A stretch of 20,000 nt of DNA from Myxococcota bacterium. Lineage in GTDB: Bacteria > Myxococcota > Myxococcia > Myxococcales > Myxococcaceae. The notes below the pieces were generated by a model. It made no database searches. It was not told the origin of the DNA and saw only the letters and a program-made list of their open reading frames with translations. The stretch is taken from NCBI GenBank assembly GCA_049322255.1, contig JBMORE010000144.1, positions 56,100 to 76,099 on the forward strand, given 5' to 3'. A program made the translations under genes and the position numbers. Positions 1 through 9,081 of the stretch are shown here, piece by piece; the stretch's first letter is position 1; each line of letters opens with the position of its first letter.

Positions 1-987
1 CACCGCCCACCTCCGGTGGACGCGTGGCGCCGGTGGCGTCACCTTTGCCTTGGGGTCGGAGACGGCCGGCGAGCGCGGGTTACTGAAGCCCCCGACCACG
101 CCGGCGGCGGCGAGGCATGCGCGGACGGCCTCCATCAGCTCGTCCATGGTCTGGAAGCGCTTGGCCGGGTCCTTCTCCAGACAGCGCATCACCAGCATCT
201 CCACCTCGGGAGGCAGCCCGGGCTTGAGCGTGCTGAGGGCCGGCGGCGGCTGGCGAACATGCTGGAGGATGACCTTGAGCGGCTCTTTGCCCAAAAAGGG
301 TGGGCGGCCGGCGATCATTTCGAAGAGCACCACTCCCAGCGAGTAGACGTCGCTGCGTGGATCGGCTTGATGCTTGGCCTGCTCGGGCGCCATGTACAGG
401 GGCGAGGCGAGCAGCACGCCCGGTTGGGTGAGCTCGGCGTCTTCGGGCGCAGGGAGCGCCTCGGGGAGAAACGACTTCAAAAGCCCGAAGTCGAGCACCT
501 TGACCATGTCGTGGTCGGTCTCCTCGTTGAGGATCATCACGTTTGCCGGCTTGAGGTCGCGGTGGACGATGCCCAGCTTGTGTGCCTCGCGCAGGGAGCG
601 GACGATCTGCTGGCCGATGTGGAAGGCCCGGGGCCAGGGCAGCGCGCGTTCGGCCGCGAGCACCTTTTCCAGCGTGCGCCCCTCGAGGTACTCCATCGCG
701 ATGTAGAAGATGCCGTCCCCCGTCCTGCCGTAGTCGTGAACGGTGATGGTGTTGGGGTGACGGAGCTTGGAGGTGAGCGAGGCCTCGAGGAAGAAGCGCT
801 TCTGAAAGCCAGGGTCCTTCTTCGCGTTGTATCGAGGGTTCAAAACCTTGAGCGCCACCAAACGGCCGAGAGGCGCCTGCAGCGCTTTGTAAACCTTGCC
901 CATCCCTCCGGAGCCGATGGGCTCGAGGACCTTGAAGCGGCCGCTGAGCACCTTCCCCACGAGGGGGTCTTCGGAGGGTGTTTCCAA
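1..987 (-). CDS. Hanks-type serine/threonine protein kinase (3' end runs off the window)
   Basis: Translated by hand; absent from the ORF track because it has no stop in the window. Starts TTG at 987, just after an in-frame TAG (GTG at 960 is an alternative start). Motifs: IGSGGMGKVY, VALKVL, FFLEA, HRDLKPANVM, DFGLLK, YMAPEQ, SDVYSLG, RCLEKDPAKRF. A Pro-rich linker follows, then RRWAV, probably the start of a TM helix. Confidence 0.95.
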   Translation of the reverse strand, partial: METPSEDPLVGKVLSGRFKVLEPIGSGGMGKVYKALQAPLGRLVALKVLNPRYNAKKDPGFQKRFFLEASLTSKLRHPNTITVHDYGRTGDGIFYIAMEYLEGRTLEKVLAAERALPWPRAFHIGQQIVRSLREAHKLGIVHRDLKPANVMILNEETDHDMVKVLDFGLLKSFLPEALPAPEDAELTQPGVLLASPLYMAPEQAKHQADPRSDVYSLGVVLFEMIAGRPPFLGKEPLKVILQHVRQPPPALSTLKPGLPPEVEMLVMRCLEKDPAKRFQTMDELMEAVRACLAAAGVVGGFSNPRSPAVSDPKAKVTPPAPRVHRRWAV

Positions 988-1035
988 GGGGACGGGCCAG
1001 GTCTAGCACAAGGCTCGCCGCCCCTTGCGCGACGC

Positions 1036-1305
1036 TTACTTACCGGGGCAGCCAGAGCCGCCGGTGGTCTGATAGAGGAAGGCTCCCTGGCGCGCGAAGA
1101 TTGCCCGCTGCTTCTCATCAGGGGTGATGAGGGTCTTGAGCGTGGCGGTGGCCTTGGGCTTCTCCATCGGCACCGGGGCGTACTCGACCTGCTGCTGCAA
1201 GGTACCGACGGGGTTCCCGTTGACGTCGGTGCCGTCCATCTCGCCGCCGCAGCCCACGGCCAGCACGAACAACGATCCCGCCGCGAAGGCACGAACCAGC
1301 TTCAT
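1036..1305 (-). CDS. Small hypothetical lipoprotein (89 aa)
   Basis: Signal peptide MKLVRAFAAGSLFVLAVG-C with an AVGC lipobox, strong Shine-Dalgarno (AAGGAGG) upstream of ATG 1305, GC3-rich codons and a candidate promoter of its own. Confidence 0.85.
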   Translation of the reverse strand: MKLVRAFAAGSLFVLAVGCGGEMDGTDVNGNPVGTLQQQVEYAPVPMEKPKATATLKTLITPDEKQRAIFARQGAFLYQTTGGSGCPGK

Positions 1306-1369
1306 ACGACCCCTCCTTCATTCGGATTCGAGTGAATGACGGTCGAACGACGCGCGACCGACGGGCGCC

Positions 1370-1399
1370 ACATTAGAAGCCCGCCTCCCGAGCCGTCAA
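1370..1399 (-). promoter_or_regulatory. Sigma70-type promoter for the small lipoprotein gene
   Basis: Minus strand reads TTGACG (1399-1394), 18-nt spacer, TAATGT (1375-1370), about 65 nt upstream of ATG 1305. Confidence 0.6.
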
Positions 1400-1471
1400 T
1401 AGATCAAGCGGCTGCTTGTTGGCGACGGTGCTGGCCTGGTGTGCCCGGGAGCGCATATGTAGCCGCCCACG

Positions 1472-3418
1472 ATGACCAAACCGTCGAAGGTCGAGGCGCC
1501 CAGGCCGGGGAGCCAGGAGGCTTCCGAGCCGAGCGCCGTCGAAGAACCCCCGGAAGCGACTGGCCGCAAGCTCTTGCCTCTGGCGATCGGCGCCCTGGGG
1601 GTGGTGTACGGCGACATCGGCACCAGCCCGCTGTACGCGGTGAAGGAGTGCTTCACCGGCGCCCATGCGGTGGCTCCCACGCGGGACAACGTCTTAGGGG
1701 TGCTCTCGCTGATGTTCTGGCTTTTGGTGCTGGTGGTGACCGTGAAGTACCTGGTCTTCATCATGCGCGCCGACAACAAAGGAGAGGGGGGGCTCCTCTC
1801 GTTGATGGCGCTCATCCCCGGCAAGCTCGACCCCTGGTCTGCCCGGCTGAAGGGGGGGGCGGTGATGCTCGGCTTGTTCGGGACGGCCCTGCTCTACGGC
1901 GACGGGGTCATCACGCCGGCCATCTCCGTGCTCTCGGCGGTGGAGGGGCTGGCCGTCGCTACCACCGCGCTGGAGCGAGTGGTCGTCCCTCTGACCTGCC
2001 TCATCCTCTTCGGGCTGTTCGTGGTGCAAAGACGCGGCACGGGAGGAATCGGCAAAATCTTCGGGCCGATGATGGTGGTGTGGTTCGTCACCTTGGCGGG
2101 GCTGGGAGCGCGCTACGTGCTCAAGAACCCCACGGTGCTGCACGCGCTCAACCCCTACTGGGCGATGGCCTTCTTTCAAGTGCACAAGGCGCATGCCTTC
2201 GTGCTCTTGGGTTCGGTGCTGCTGGTGGTCACCGGCTCCGAGGCGCTCTATGCGGACATGGGTCACTTCGGTAAATCGGCCATTCGCTTCTCGTGGGGGC
2301 TGGTGTTCCCCGCGCTGGTGACGAACTACTTCGGCCAGGGCGCGCTCTTGCTCGAACAGGGAGTGGTCGAGAACCCGTTTTATGCGCTCGTCCCGCGGTT
2401 CATGCTCTACCCGATGGTGGTGCTGGCAACGGTGGCGACGGTCATTGCGTCGCAAGCGATGATCTCCGGAGCCTTCTCCATCACCCGCCAGGCGGTGCAG
2501 CTCGGTTACTGCCCGCGGGTCACCATCGTGCACACCTCGAGCACCCTCGAAGGGCAGGTCTACATTCCCGAGGTGAACCAGGCCTTGATGGTGGCGTGCA
2601 TCGGGTTGGTCTTGGCGTTCCGCTCCTCCAGCGGGCTGGCGGCGGCCTACGGCATCGCGGTCACCGGCGCGTTCACCATCACCTCGTTCGTGTTCTACGT
2701 GGTCGCGACGCGGACCTGGAAGTGGCCGCTCTTCAAGGCGTTGCCTTTGGTCGTGGGCTTCCTCGCGGTCGACTTGGGGCTTTTTGGCTCGACCTTGCTC
2801 AAGTTCGAGGAAGGCGGCTGGTTTCCCATGGCGTTGGCGGCGGCGGTCTTCACCTCCATGGTCACCTGGAAGGACGGGCGGGCCGAGCTGGCCAAGCGCT
2901 TCGCCAAGAACACCATGCCCTTGTCCAACTTCCTGGAGGACGTGGCGGCGACCCAGCCGCACCGCGTTCGAGGGACGGCGGTCTTCATGTCCTCGGCCCC
3001 GATGGGTACCCCGCCGGTGCTGCTCCACCACCTCAAGCACAACCAAGTGCTGCACCAGCAGGTGGTGGTGCTCTCCATTCTCTCGGCGGACGAGCCGGTG
3101 GTGTCGCCGGAGTCACAGCTCTCGGTGGAGCAATTGGGCAACGGCTTCTACCGGGTGATTGCCTACTTCGGCTTCATGCAGACTCCCAACGTGCCCGAAA
3201 TTCTCTCTGCCTGCCGCGTCCAGGGGCTCAAGGCCGAGCCCAACACCACCAGCTACTTCTTGGGTCGTGAAACCCTGCTCACCACCGGGCACTCGAAGAT
3301 GATGAGGTGGCGCAAGGCGCTGTTCGCCTTCATCTCGCGAAACGCCCGCAGCGCCACCTCGTACTTCGGCATTCCGCCGGGCCGGGTGGTCGAATTGGGC
3401 ATGCAGGTCGACCTCTGA
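1472..3418 (+). CDS. kup: KUP/HAK/KT family potassium transporter
   Basis: Signature motifs GVVYGDIGTSPLY, ADNKGEGG, LYGDGVITPAISVLSAVEG, EALYADMGHF, GQVYIPEVN, AAAYGIAV and GRVVELG, with multiple TM helices. Confidence 0.97.
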   Translation: MTKPSKVEAPRPGSQEASEPSAVEEPPEATGRKLLPLAIGALGVVYGDIGTSPLYAVKECFTGAHAVAPTRDNVLGVLSLMFWLLVLVVTVKYLVFIMRADNKGEGGLLSLMALIPGKLDPWSARLKGGAVMLGLFGTALLYGDGVITPAISVLSAVEGLAVATTALERVVVPLTCLILFGLFVVQRRGTGGIGKIFGPMMVVWFVTLAGLGARYVLKNPTVLHALNPYWAMAFFQVHKAHAFVLLGSVLLVVTGSEALYADMGHFGKSAIRFSWGLVFPALVTNYFGQGALLLEQGVVENPFYALVPRFMLYPMVVLATVATVIASQAMISGAFSITRQAVQLGYCPRVTIVHTSSTLEGQVYIPEVNQALMVACIGLVLAFRSSSGLAAAYGIAVTGAFTITSFVFYVVATRTWKWPLFKALPLVVGFLAVDLGLFGSTLLKFEEGGWFPMALAAAVFTSMVTWKDGRAELAKRFAKNTMPLSNFLEDVAATQPHRVRGTAVFMSSAPMGTPPVLLHHLKHNQVLHQQVVVLSILSADEPVVSPESQLSVEQLGNGFYRVIAYFGFMQTPNVPEILSACRVQGLKAEPNTTSYFLGRETLLTTGHSKMMRWRKALFAFISRNARSATSYFGIPPGRVVELGMQVDL

Positions 3419-3435
3419 AACGGGGTAGGCAGAGC

Positions 3436-5169
3436 GTGCGCGCCGGCTTCACTGCGCTGCTCGTCCTTTTCGCGCAAGCAGCCTTCGCCGACGTCGGTTA
3501 CGAGGAACGCCTGGTGCAGTGGGCGCTGAACCTGCACCAGCGCGAGCTCGAGCCGAGCCCCGAGGGAAAAACCCTCGAGGAGGTGCTGATCGCCTCCGAG
3601 GAGGTCTTCGCCCCCAGCGACCCCTACCCCTCGTGGTTCAACGCGGTGCACATGCGCACCCGCGAGGTGGTCATTCGCCGCGAGCTTTTGTTCGCCCAAG
3701 GGGAGGCGTTCGACTCCAAGAAAGTCGCCGAGACCGAGCGCAACCTACGCAGCCTCTTCATCTTCTCCATCGCCAAGGTTTTGCCGGTGAAGGGCAAGCG
3801 AGGCGGAGTGGCGCTGCTCGTCGTCACCCAGGACCGCTGGAGCCTGCGCCTCAACAGCGAATTCAACGTCGTCGGTCCGCTGCTCCAGTTCTTGCGGCTT
3901 CGGCCGACCGAGCAGAACTTCCTCGGGCTCAATCAGCAGGTCTTGCTCGACCTGGTGCTACGGCTCGACACCCTGTCGGTGGGTCAGCTCTACCAGGACC
4001 GGCGCTTCCTAGGCAGCGAGCTTTCTTTTGGCGAGACGGCGGCGATCATCCTCAACCGGCAGACGGGCGAACCAGAGGGTTCGGCGGGCGCGGTGGTGCT
4101 GGGCAAGCCGCTCTTTCATTTGGAGTCGCGCTGGGGGTTCTCGGTGGGCGCCGACTGGAGCGTGCGCACCCGCCGCATCTTCCGCGGGGCCGAGGTGTGG
4201 CAACTGCCCTACCCGAACGAAGAAGCCCCCCTCTCCCAGGTGCCCTACATCTATCTGCAGCGGGTCGCGGGCTGGAACGCGCTCTACACCCGTTCCTTCG
4301 GGCGCGCGCTGAAAGCCGACGTGAGCGCCGGCGTGGGCGGCTTCTTTCGCCGCTACGCGCCGCCGTTGGCCTTGGGGCTCGACCCAGCCCAGAGCGCCTG
4401 GTTCGCCTCCGAGTACTTGCCTCGCAGCGAGGACGCGAGCTTTTTGCAGGCATCGGTGGCGGCCTACGTGCCGGACTACCGGGTCTTACGTGACGTGGAC
4501 ACGTTCGAGCTTTCCGAAGACGTTCAGGTTGGCCCCTCGGCGTACCTCGCCGCGCGCTGGGCGCACCCGGCGTTTTTCTCTCCCTCGCGCTTTGTCGAGC
4601 TCGGCGCCCGCCTGCGTTACCAACTGCTCGCCGCCGACGACCTCGCCACCCTGACCGTTGCGGGAGCGAGTCGTTACCTTCCCGGCGAGGCGCGGTGGGT
4701 CAATCAGCGTCTCGCCGCCGAGGTGAAGAACGTCACGCCGCAGACTTTTCTCGGCCGGCTGGTGACACGGGCGGTGGTGGACCTGACGCGCGAGCGGCTC
4801 GACAACCGCCAGGCGCTGCTCGGCGGAGGCAACGGTTTGCGCGGCGCTGCTCCCGAATCGCTCGCCGGGCGGAACTACTTTCTCGCCAACGTGGAATGGC
4901 GCAGCCGCTCCTTCGAGGTGAAGACGCTCTTCTTGGGGCTGGTGCTCTTCTATGACACCGGCTCAGCATGGGACGTGGCGCCGGCCTTCACCCACACCGT
5001 GGGCGCCGGCCTTCGGCTACTCATCCCGCAGTTCAATCAAGAGACCATTCGCGTCGACGTGGGCTGGGTGCTCAGTCAGCCTGCTGGTTTCTCCATCGAC
5101 CGGTTCAGCGGAAGTTTCGGCCAAGTCACCGACTACCGCCCGGCCTTCCTCGATCAGCCGCTCGAGTAA
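3436..5169 (+). CDS. Omp85/BamA-TamA family outer-membrane beta-barrel protein with N-terminal POTRA domain
   Basis: Likely GTG start at 3436 gives a Sec signal (MRAGFTALLVLFAQAAFA-D). POTRA-like segment TREVVIRRELLFAQGEAFDSKKVAETERNLRSL, EQNFLG at the barrel start, loop-6-like LRG, FYDTG, and GAGLRL..IRVDVGW strands. Confidence 0.85.
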   Translation: MRAGFTALLVLFAQAAFADVGYEERLVQWALNLHQRELEPSPEGKTLEEVLIASEEVFAPSDPYPSWFNAVHMRTREVVIRRELLFAQGEAFDSKKVAETERNLRSLFIFSIAKVLPVKGKRGGVALLVVTQDRWSLRLNSEFNVVGPLLQFLRLRPTEQNFLGLNQQVLLDLVLRLDTLSVGQLYQDRRFLGSELSFGETAAIILNRQTGEPEGSAGAVVLGKPLFHLESRWGFSVGADWSVRTRRIFRGAEVWQLPYPNEEAPLSQVPYIYLQRVAGWNALYTRSFGRALKADVSAGVGGFFRRYAPPLALGLDPAQSAWFASEYLPRSEDASFLQASVAAYVPDYRVLRDVDTFELSEDVQVGPSAYLAARWAHPAFFSPSRFVELGARLRYQLLAADDLATLTVAGASRYLPGEARWVNQRLAAEVKNVTPQTFLGRLVTRAVVDLTRERLDNRQALLGGGNGLRGAAPESLAGRNYFLANVEWRSRSFEVKTLFLGLVLFYDTGSAWDVAPAFTHTVGAGLRLLIPQFNQETIRVDVGWVLSQPAGFSIDRFSGSFGQVTDYRPAFLDQPLE

Positions 5170-5171
5170 CG

Positions 5172-7295
5172 TTAGGGAAGGGTCGCCGCGTACAACCCGT
5201 CGCGCTGGCTGTCCGGGTAGGCGCCAGACCGGCGCACGTAAACCACGGTGCGCGAGTTGCCGGTCGTCGGCGCAAGCATATTGGTGACCGCCAAGTCGAG
5301 CGTCAGCGCTTGCGATGGCGGACCACCGATGGGCAAGTGGTAGAGGGTGCTGGTGTTCGTCTGCCGGGTCAGCACCCCGGAGCCCGACGGCAGCAACACC
5401 GGCGTCGTCCAGGAAGAGCCGGAGGGGGGGCTGATGGCGACGGGTTGCGCTCCCGGCTTCACCGAATAGATGCTCCCCGCGCTCAGGATGAAAGTCGACC
5501 CGTCGGGCGCGATGTTTGGGTACCAGGTGTCCACCCCCGTCGCCAGCAGCCCGGAGGTGCCCCCCACCGGCAGGACATGAAGCGCGCTCGGCGTACAGGT
5601 GCGGTAGTAGAGATTTGCGCCACCGTCGTCCAGGCGAGGAGTGCCGCACAGACCGGTGTTGGGCAACAAGGTGGTCGTTCCTGAGCCGTTGAGCATGATG
5701 CGTAGATAGTTGCCGCCCGAGAATGTCAGCACGGAGCTCGTGGTCGCCTGATAGATGGGAAAGAAGCCCAGCCCCAGCGGGGTGGGGGCAAACACCGGGC
5801 TGGTGGCGGCTTGAAGCTCCACTCCGCTTCCGAAGTTTCCCGTGTAGACAACGGTCTTCGAATCGGTGGACCAAACCTGCAAGTTGGTGACCCCGCTGGC
5901 CTGAACGGTGACTGGAGCCCCCCCGCTCATGGGGACAACCTTGAGCGCGCCTGTGTCGATGAACGCCACGCTCGTTCCATCTGGGGAGGCGAGGCGGGTG
6001 GGACAGAGCGTGAGGTTGGAAAGAAGGGTGTTGACCGCCGAACCGGCCACCTGGACCGACACCATCGAGTAGGTGAAGGGCGCCGTTGCGGTCTCACGCC
6101 GGCACACCAGCCAGCTCGTCCCATGGAATGAGAAACCAGCCACCCCTTCTCCGCCGATGGCCAGCGACCCTCCGGGCCCGCCGGCCACCGGCGCCCAGCG
6201 TACTTCGGAGCCCGAGGTCGCGCTCCACAAGTAGGTGGCGTATGCGCCGTCGGAGGTGAGGGAGGGGGCGGTGCCGACGTAAGGAAGCTCCACCGAGGCC
6301 ACGCCCGAACCCGAAGGGCTCACGCTGCGAAAGCTGTAGGAGGAGTCGAGGAAGAAGACGCGCGAGCCGTCCGGGGTCAGCTGCGGGTTCATCGCCGCCA
6401 ACGGAGCTTCGGCGATTCGCCGCCCCACACGAAGCTGGAGGTTGGGCGCCATGACGTCGGGTCCGGTCACCACCACGTCACGCAGGATGTCGTCCCCCAT
6501 CCCCGCGGCCGAACCCACCAAGGTATAGACGCCTGCAGGGACGCTGGGGATGGAGTAGGTGCCATTGGTGGCGGTGGTGGTCGAGAATTCGGTGCCCATC
6601 AGCCTCACCGTGATGCCCGAGTGGTCGGTTCGACCCAAGAGAGTGGCGACGCCCCGCAGGGTGGCCGTCGCGCCACTCAGCGCCCGGGTCAGTGTCGCGG
6701 TGGGTGCGGTCTCGGTCTGGCCGAAGCTGACCACCACCGTGACTTTGGCCGGGGTGTAGCCCTCGGCGGTGACGAGCAAATCCGCCGGGCTGGCGGGAAC
6801 GCCGTCGAGCGTATAGTTGCCCAAGACATCGGTGGACGTCGCCGCGGAGTGTCCCGCCACGCGCACGATGGCGCCTTCTTGAGTGGTGGCCCCCTCGAGA
6901 ATCACCTGGCCGCGCACGCTGCCCACCGCCGTCAGGTTGATGGTCCCCTTCTCCACCTGCCCTCCAGCCACCACGGCGGAGAGCGTGGCTCGCTCGGCAA
7001 TCGAGCCGGTGAAGCTGATGACGTAGGCCCCATCGGGCAGGTTCTTGACGAGAAACTCCCCGTTGGAGCTGCTCGCCGCCGACGCCACGACCGGGCCTGC
7101 GGCGTGCACGATGATGCCCGCAGCGCTGTTGGCGCCCTGCAAAACAATCTGTCCGTGGATGCTTCCGGGTGCCTCGCACCGGCCGTTCACGGCCGTGAAC
7201 CCCTCGTCGCACGTCAGGCCGCCGCCGCACGCGAAGAGTGAAGCGATGGTGCTGGTGAAAACACCGACGACCAAGACCCGTAGTGGTGATGCCAT
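5172..7295 (-). CDS. Large surface lipoprotein: short Cys pair, three carboxypeptidase-regulatory-like beta-sandwich repeats and a TolB-like beta-propeller
   Basis: Lipobox LFAC, then CDEGFTAVNGRC. Three repeats resemble G-x-V-x-L-x-G..G(I/A)xV...(T/S)xxxG-x-(F/Y)-x-(L/I)-xx-(L/V)P. C-terminal repeats TPDG/SDG/SPDG/STDS/APDG with VxxxGG turns. SD AGGAG upstream. Confidence 0.8.
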   Translation of the reverse strand: MASPLRVLVVGVFTSTIASLFACGGGLTCDEGFTAVNGRCEAPGSIHGQIVLQGANSAAGIIVHAAGPVVASAASSSNGEFLVKNLPDGAYVISFTGSIAERATLSAVVAGGQVEKGTINLTAVGSVRGQVILEGATTQEGAIVRVAGHSAATSTDVLGNYTLDGVPASPADLLVTAEGYTPAKVTVVVSFGQTETAPTATLTRALSGATATLRGVATLLGRTDHSGITVRLMGTEFSTTTATNGTYSIPSVPAGVYTLVGSAAGMGDDILRDVVVTGPDVMAPNLQLRVGRRIAEAPLAAMNPQLTPDGSRVFFLDSSYSFRSVSPSGSGVASVELPYVGTAPSLTSDGAYATYLWSATSGSEVRWAPVAGGPGGSLAIGGEGVAGFSFHGTSWLVCRRETATAPFTYSMVSVQVAGSAVNTLLSNLTLCPTRLASPDGTSVAFIDTGALKVVPMSGGAPVTVQASGVTNLQVWSTDSKTVVYTGNFGSGVELQAATSPVFAPTPLGLGFFPIYQATTSSVLTFSGGNYLRIMLNGSGTTTLLPNTGLCGTPRLDDGGANLYYRTCTPSALHVLPVGGTSGLLATGVDTWYPNIAPDGSTFILSAGSIYSVKPGAQPVAISPPSGSSWTTPVLLPSGSGVLTRQTNTSTLYHLPIGGPPSQALTLDLAVTNMLAPTTGNSRTVVYVRRSGAYPDSQRDGLYAATLP

Positions 7296-7325
7296 CGAGC
7301 TCTCCTGGGGGATGGGAGCGCTACC

Positions 7326-9077
7326 CTACATGGAGATGGAGCCCTTGCGGAACTCCGTGCGCGCGATGTGGGCGTTGATGCACACCGGCTTGCCGCTTCG
7401 GGCAATCTCCTTGGCTCGGTCGAGGGTGGCGTCGATTTTCTCCGGGTCGTCGAGCAAGAGCCCCTTGCCGCCGTAGCCTTCGGCCACCTGGTGGTAGTCG
7501 CAGCGGCGCAGCACCGTGCCCACGTCGTCGCCCAGAATCTCCACTTGGTCGCGGGCAATCTGCGCCCAGGAACCGTCGTTGCCAATCACCGCGATGGGCG
7601 CCAGCCCATGCCGAGCGAAGGTGTCGAGCTCGGCCAAGCTGAAGGCCGACGAGCCGTCGCCCCAGATGAGCCACAGCTCCTTGCCCGGCCGCACCAGCGC
7701 CGCACCGGTGGCGAAGCCGCCGCCTGCGCCCAGGGTGCCGAACACCCCGGCATCGAGCCATGACAGCGGTGCGCGGGGCCGCAAGATGTAGGAGCCGGTG
7801 GCCACGAAGTCGCCTCCGTCCACCACCAGCACGGCGTCGTCGGAGAGCTTCTCCTCCAGCCGGAGGAAAAAGTGCAGCGGGTTGATGGGCCCTGGACCCT
7901 GCGTGCCCTGGTGGGCAATCTCCACGTCGCGCTCGGCCTCGCGCTGCGCCAAGGTGCGCAGCCACTCCTCCTTGCTCCCGATGCCCACCTCCGCGGCCTC
8001 CGCCAGCTCGACCAGGAACTCGCCGGGGTGCATGCGCACCGCCACCTGCGGCCGGCGGTTGGTGCGCAGCTCCTCGGCGGAGAGGTTCGCCGCCACCACG
8101 GTCGCCTTCTTGTTGATGCCGCGCCCGTAGCCCAGGCGAAAGTCGAACGGGAAGCCGGCGACCAGCACCAGGTCGGCCTCGCGGAGCGCCTGGCTCCGGC
8201 GGTGGCGAAACTGCTGCTCGCTTCGGCGTCCGAGCAGTCCGCGGGCGTTGCCTCCCAGGAAAGTGGGAATCCCCAGCTTGCGCACGGCATCGGCGATGCG
8301 CGAAGGGTCGGTGCGGCTCACCATCGTCTGACTTCCCACCACCAGCACCGGCCGCTTCGCGCGTGCCAGCATCCGGGCCACCGAACGAGCTTGCGCCCGG
8401 GTGGTGCGCGGCAAAAGCGGCACTCGGGCGGCCGTCGCTCCCAGTGACGGCACCCGCGGCCCATGGAATTGCCGGTAGAGATGTCCCTCCAGGTACAGCT
8501 TCAGAGCCTTGGCGGAAAGGCTCTTGGAGCTCTTCACCCCCGCCCCCTGGAGGTACCAGTCGCGCACGATTTTTTCCGGGTAGAGGAGGTCGATGGGCAG
8601 CTCGACGAACACCGGCCCCGGCACTCCGGAGCGCGCCACCTTCAGCGCCTGCTCCAGGGTCGGCCTCAAGCTGGCCATCGTCTTCACCGTGGTCGCCCAC
8701 TTGGTGGCCGGCTTCATCAAAGACAGCTGGTCGATGTCCTGCAGCGAGCCGCGGCCCTTGAGGATGGTCGCGGTGGCTCCACCCAAAAGGAGCAGCGGCG
8801 TCTGCGCCAGCTGGGCGTTCTTCACCGCGGTCACGGTGTTGGTCACCCCCGGCCCGGCAGTCACCGCGGCCACCCCGGGTTGGCCGGTCAGGCGCGCCAC
8901 CGCGTCGGCGGCGAACACCGCGCTGGCCTCGTTCCGCACGTCGACGATGCGAATACCGCGCATCTTCGACTCCACCAGGATGGGCGAGATGTGGCCCCCG
9001 CACAAGGTGAAGAGGAAGCGGGCCCCGTGCCGAAAGAGCACCTCGGCGACGACCGCTCCTCCATTGGGGCCTGTCAT
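7326..9077 (-). CDS. Thiamine-diphosphate enzyme of the ILVBL/HACL2 (acetolactate synthase-like, 2-hydroxyacyl-CoA lyase) subfamily
   Basis: FTLCGGHISPI, catalytic RNE, TAGPGVTN, GPVFVELPID, DGGDFVAT, ThDP motif GDGS...GND, and C-terminus TEFRKGSISM, which resembles ILVBL as I recall it. Confidence 0.88.
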   Translation of the reverse strand: MTGPNGGAVVAEVLFRHGARFLFTLCGGHISPILVESKMRGIRIVDVRNEASAVFAADAVARLTGQPGVAAVTAGPGVTNTVTAVKNAQLAQTPLLLLGGATATILKGRGSLQDIDQLSLMKPATKWATTVKTMASLRPTLEQALKVARSGVPGPVFVELPIDLLYPEKIVRDWYLQGAGVKSSKSLSAKALKLYLEGHLYRQFHGPRVPSLGATAARVPLLPRTTRAQARSVARMLARAKRPVLVVGSQTMVSRTDPSRIADAVRKLGIPTFLGGNARGLLGRRSEQQFRHRRSQALREADLVLVAGFPFDFRLGYGRGINKKATVVAANLSAEELRTNRRPQVAVRMHPGEFLVELAEAAEVGIGSKEEWLRTLAQREAERDVEIAHQGTQGPGPINPLHFFLRLEEKLSDDAVLVVDGGDFVATGSYILRPRAPLSWLDAGVFGTLGAGGGFATGAALVRPGKELWLIWGDGSSAFSLAELDTFARHGLAPIAVIGNDGSWAQIARDQVEILGDDVGTVLRRCDYHQVAEGYGGKGLLLDDPEKIDATLDRAKEIARSGKPVCINAHIARTEFRKGSISM

Positions 9078-9081
9078 TCGC

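Noticed and set aside
16..1335. 439-aa plus-strand ORF
   Set aside because: Antisense shadow of the kinase and small lipoprotein; no motifs; typical high-GC artefact.
1376..1471. Possible c-di-AMP riboswitch or FNR box upstream of kup
   Set aside because: No recognisable ydaO-type motif and little room; only a TTGAT half-site, with no matching second half.
3307..3435. Upstream extension of the Omp85 ORF
   Set aside because: It overlaps kup; the signal peptide begins at GTG 3436.
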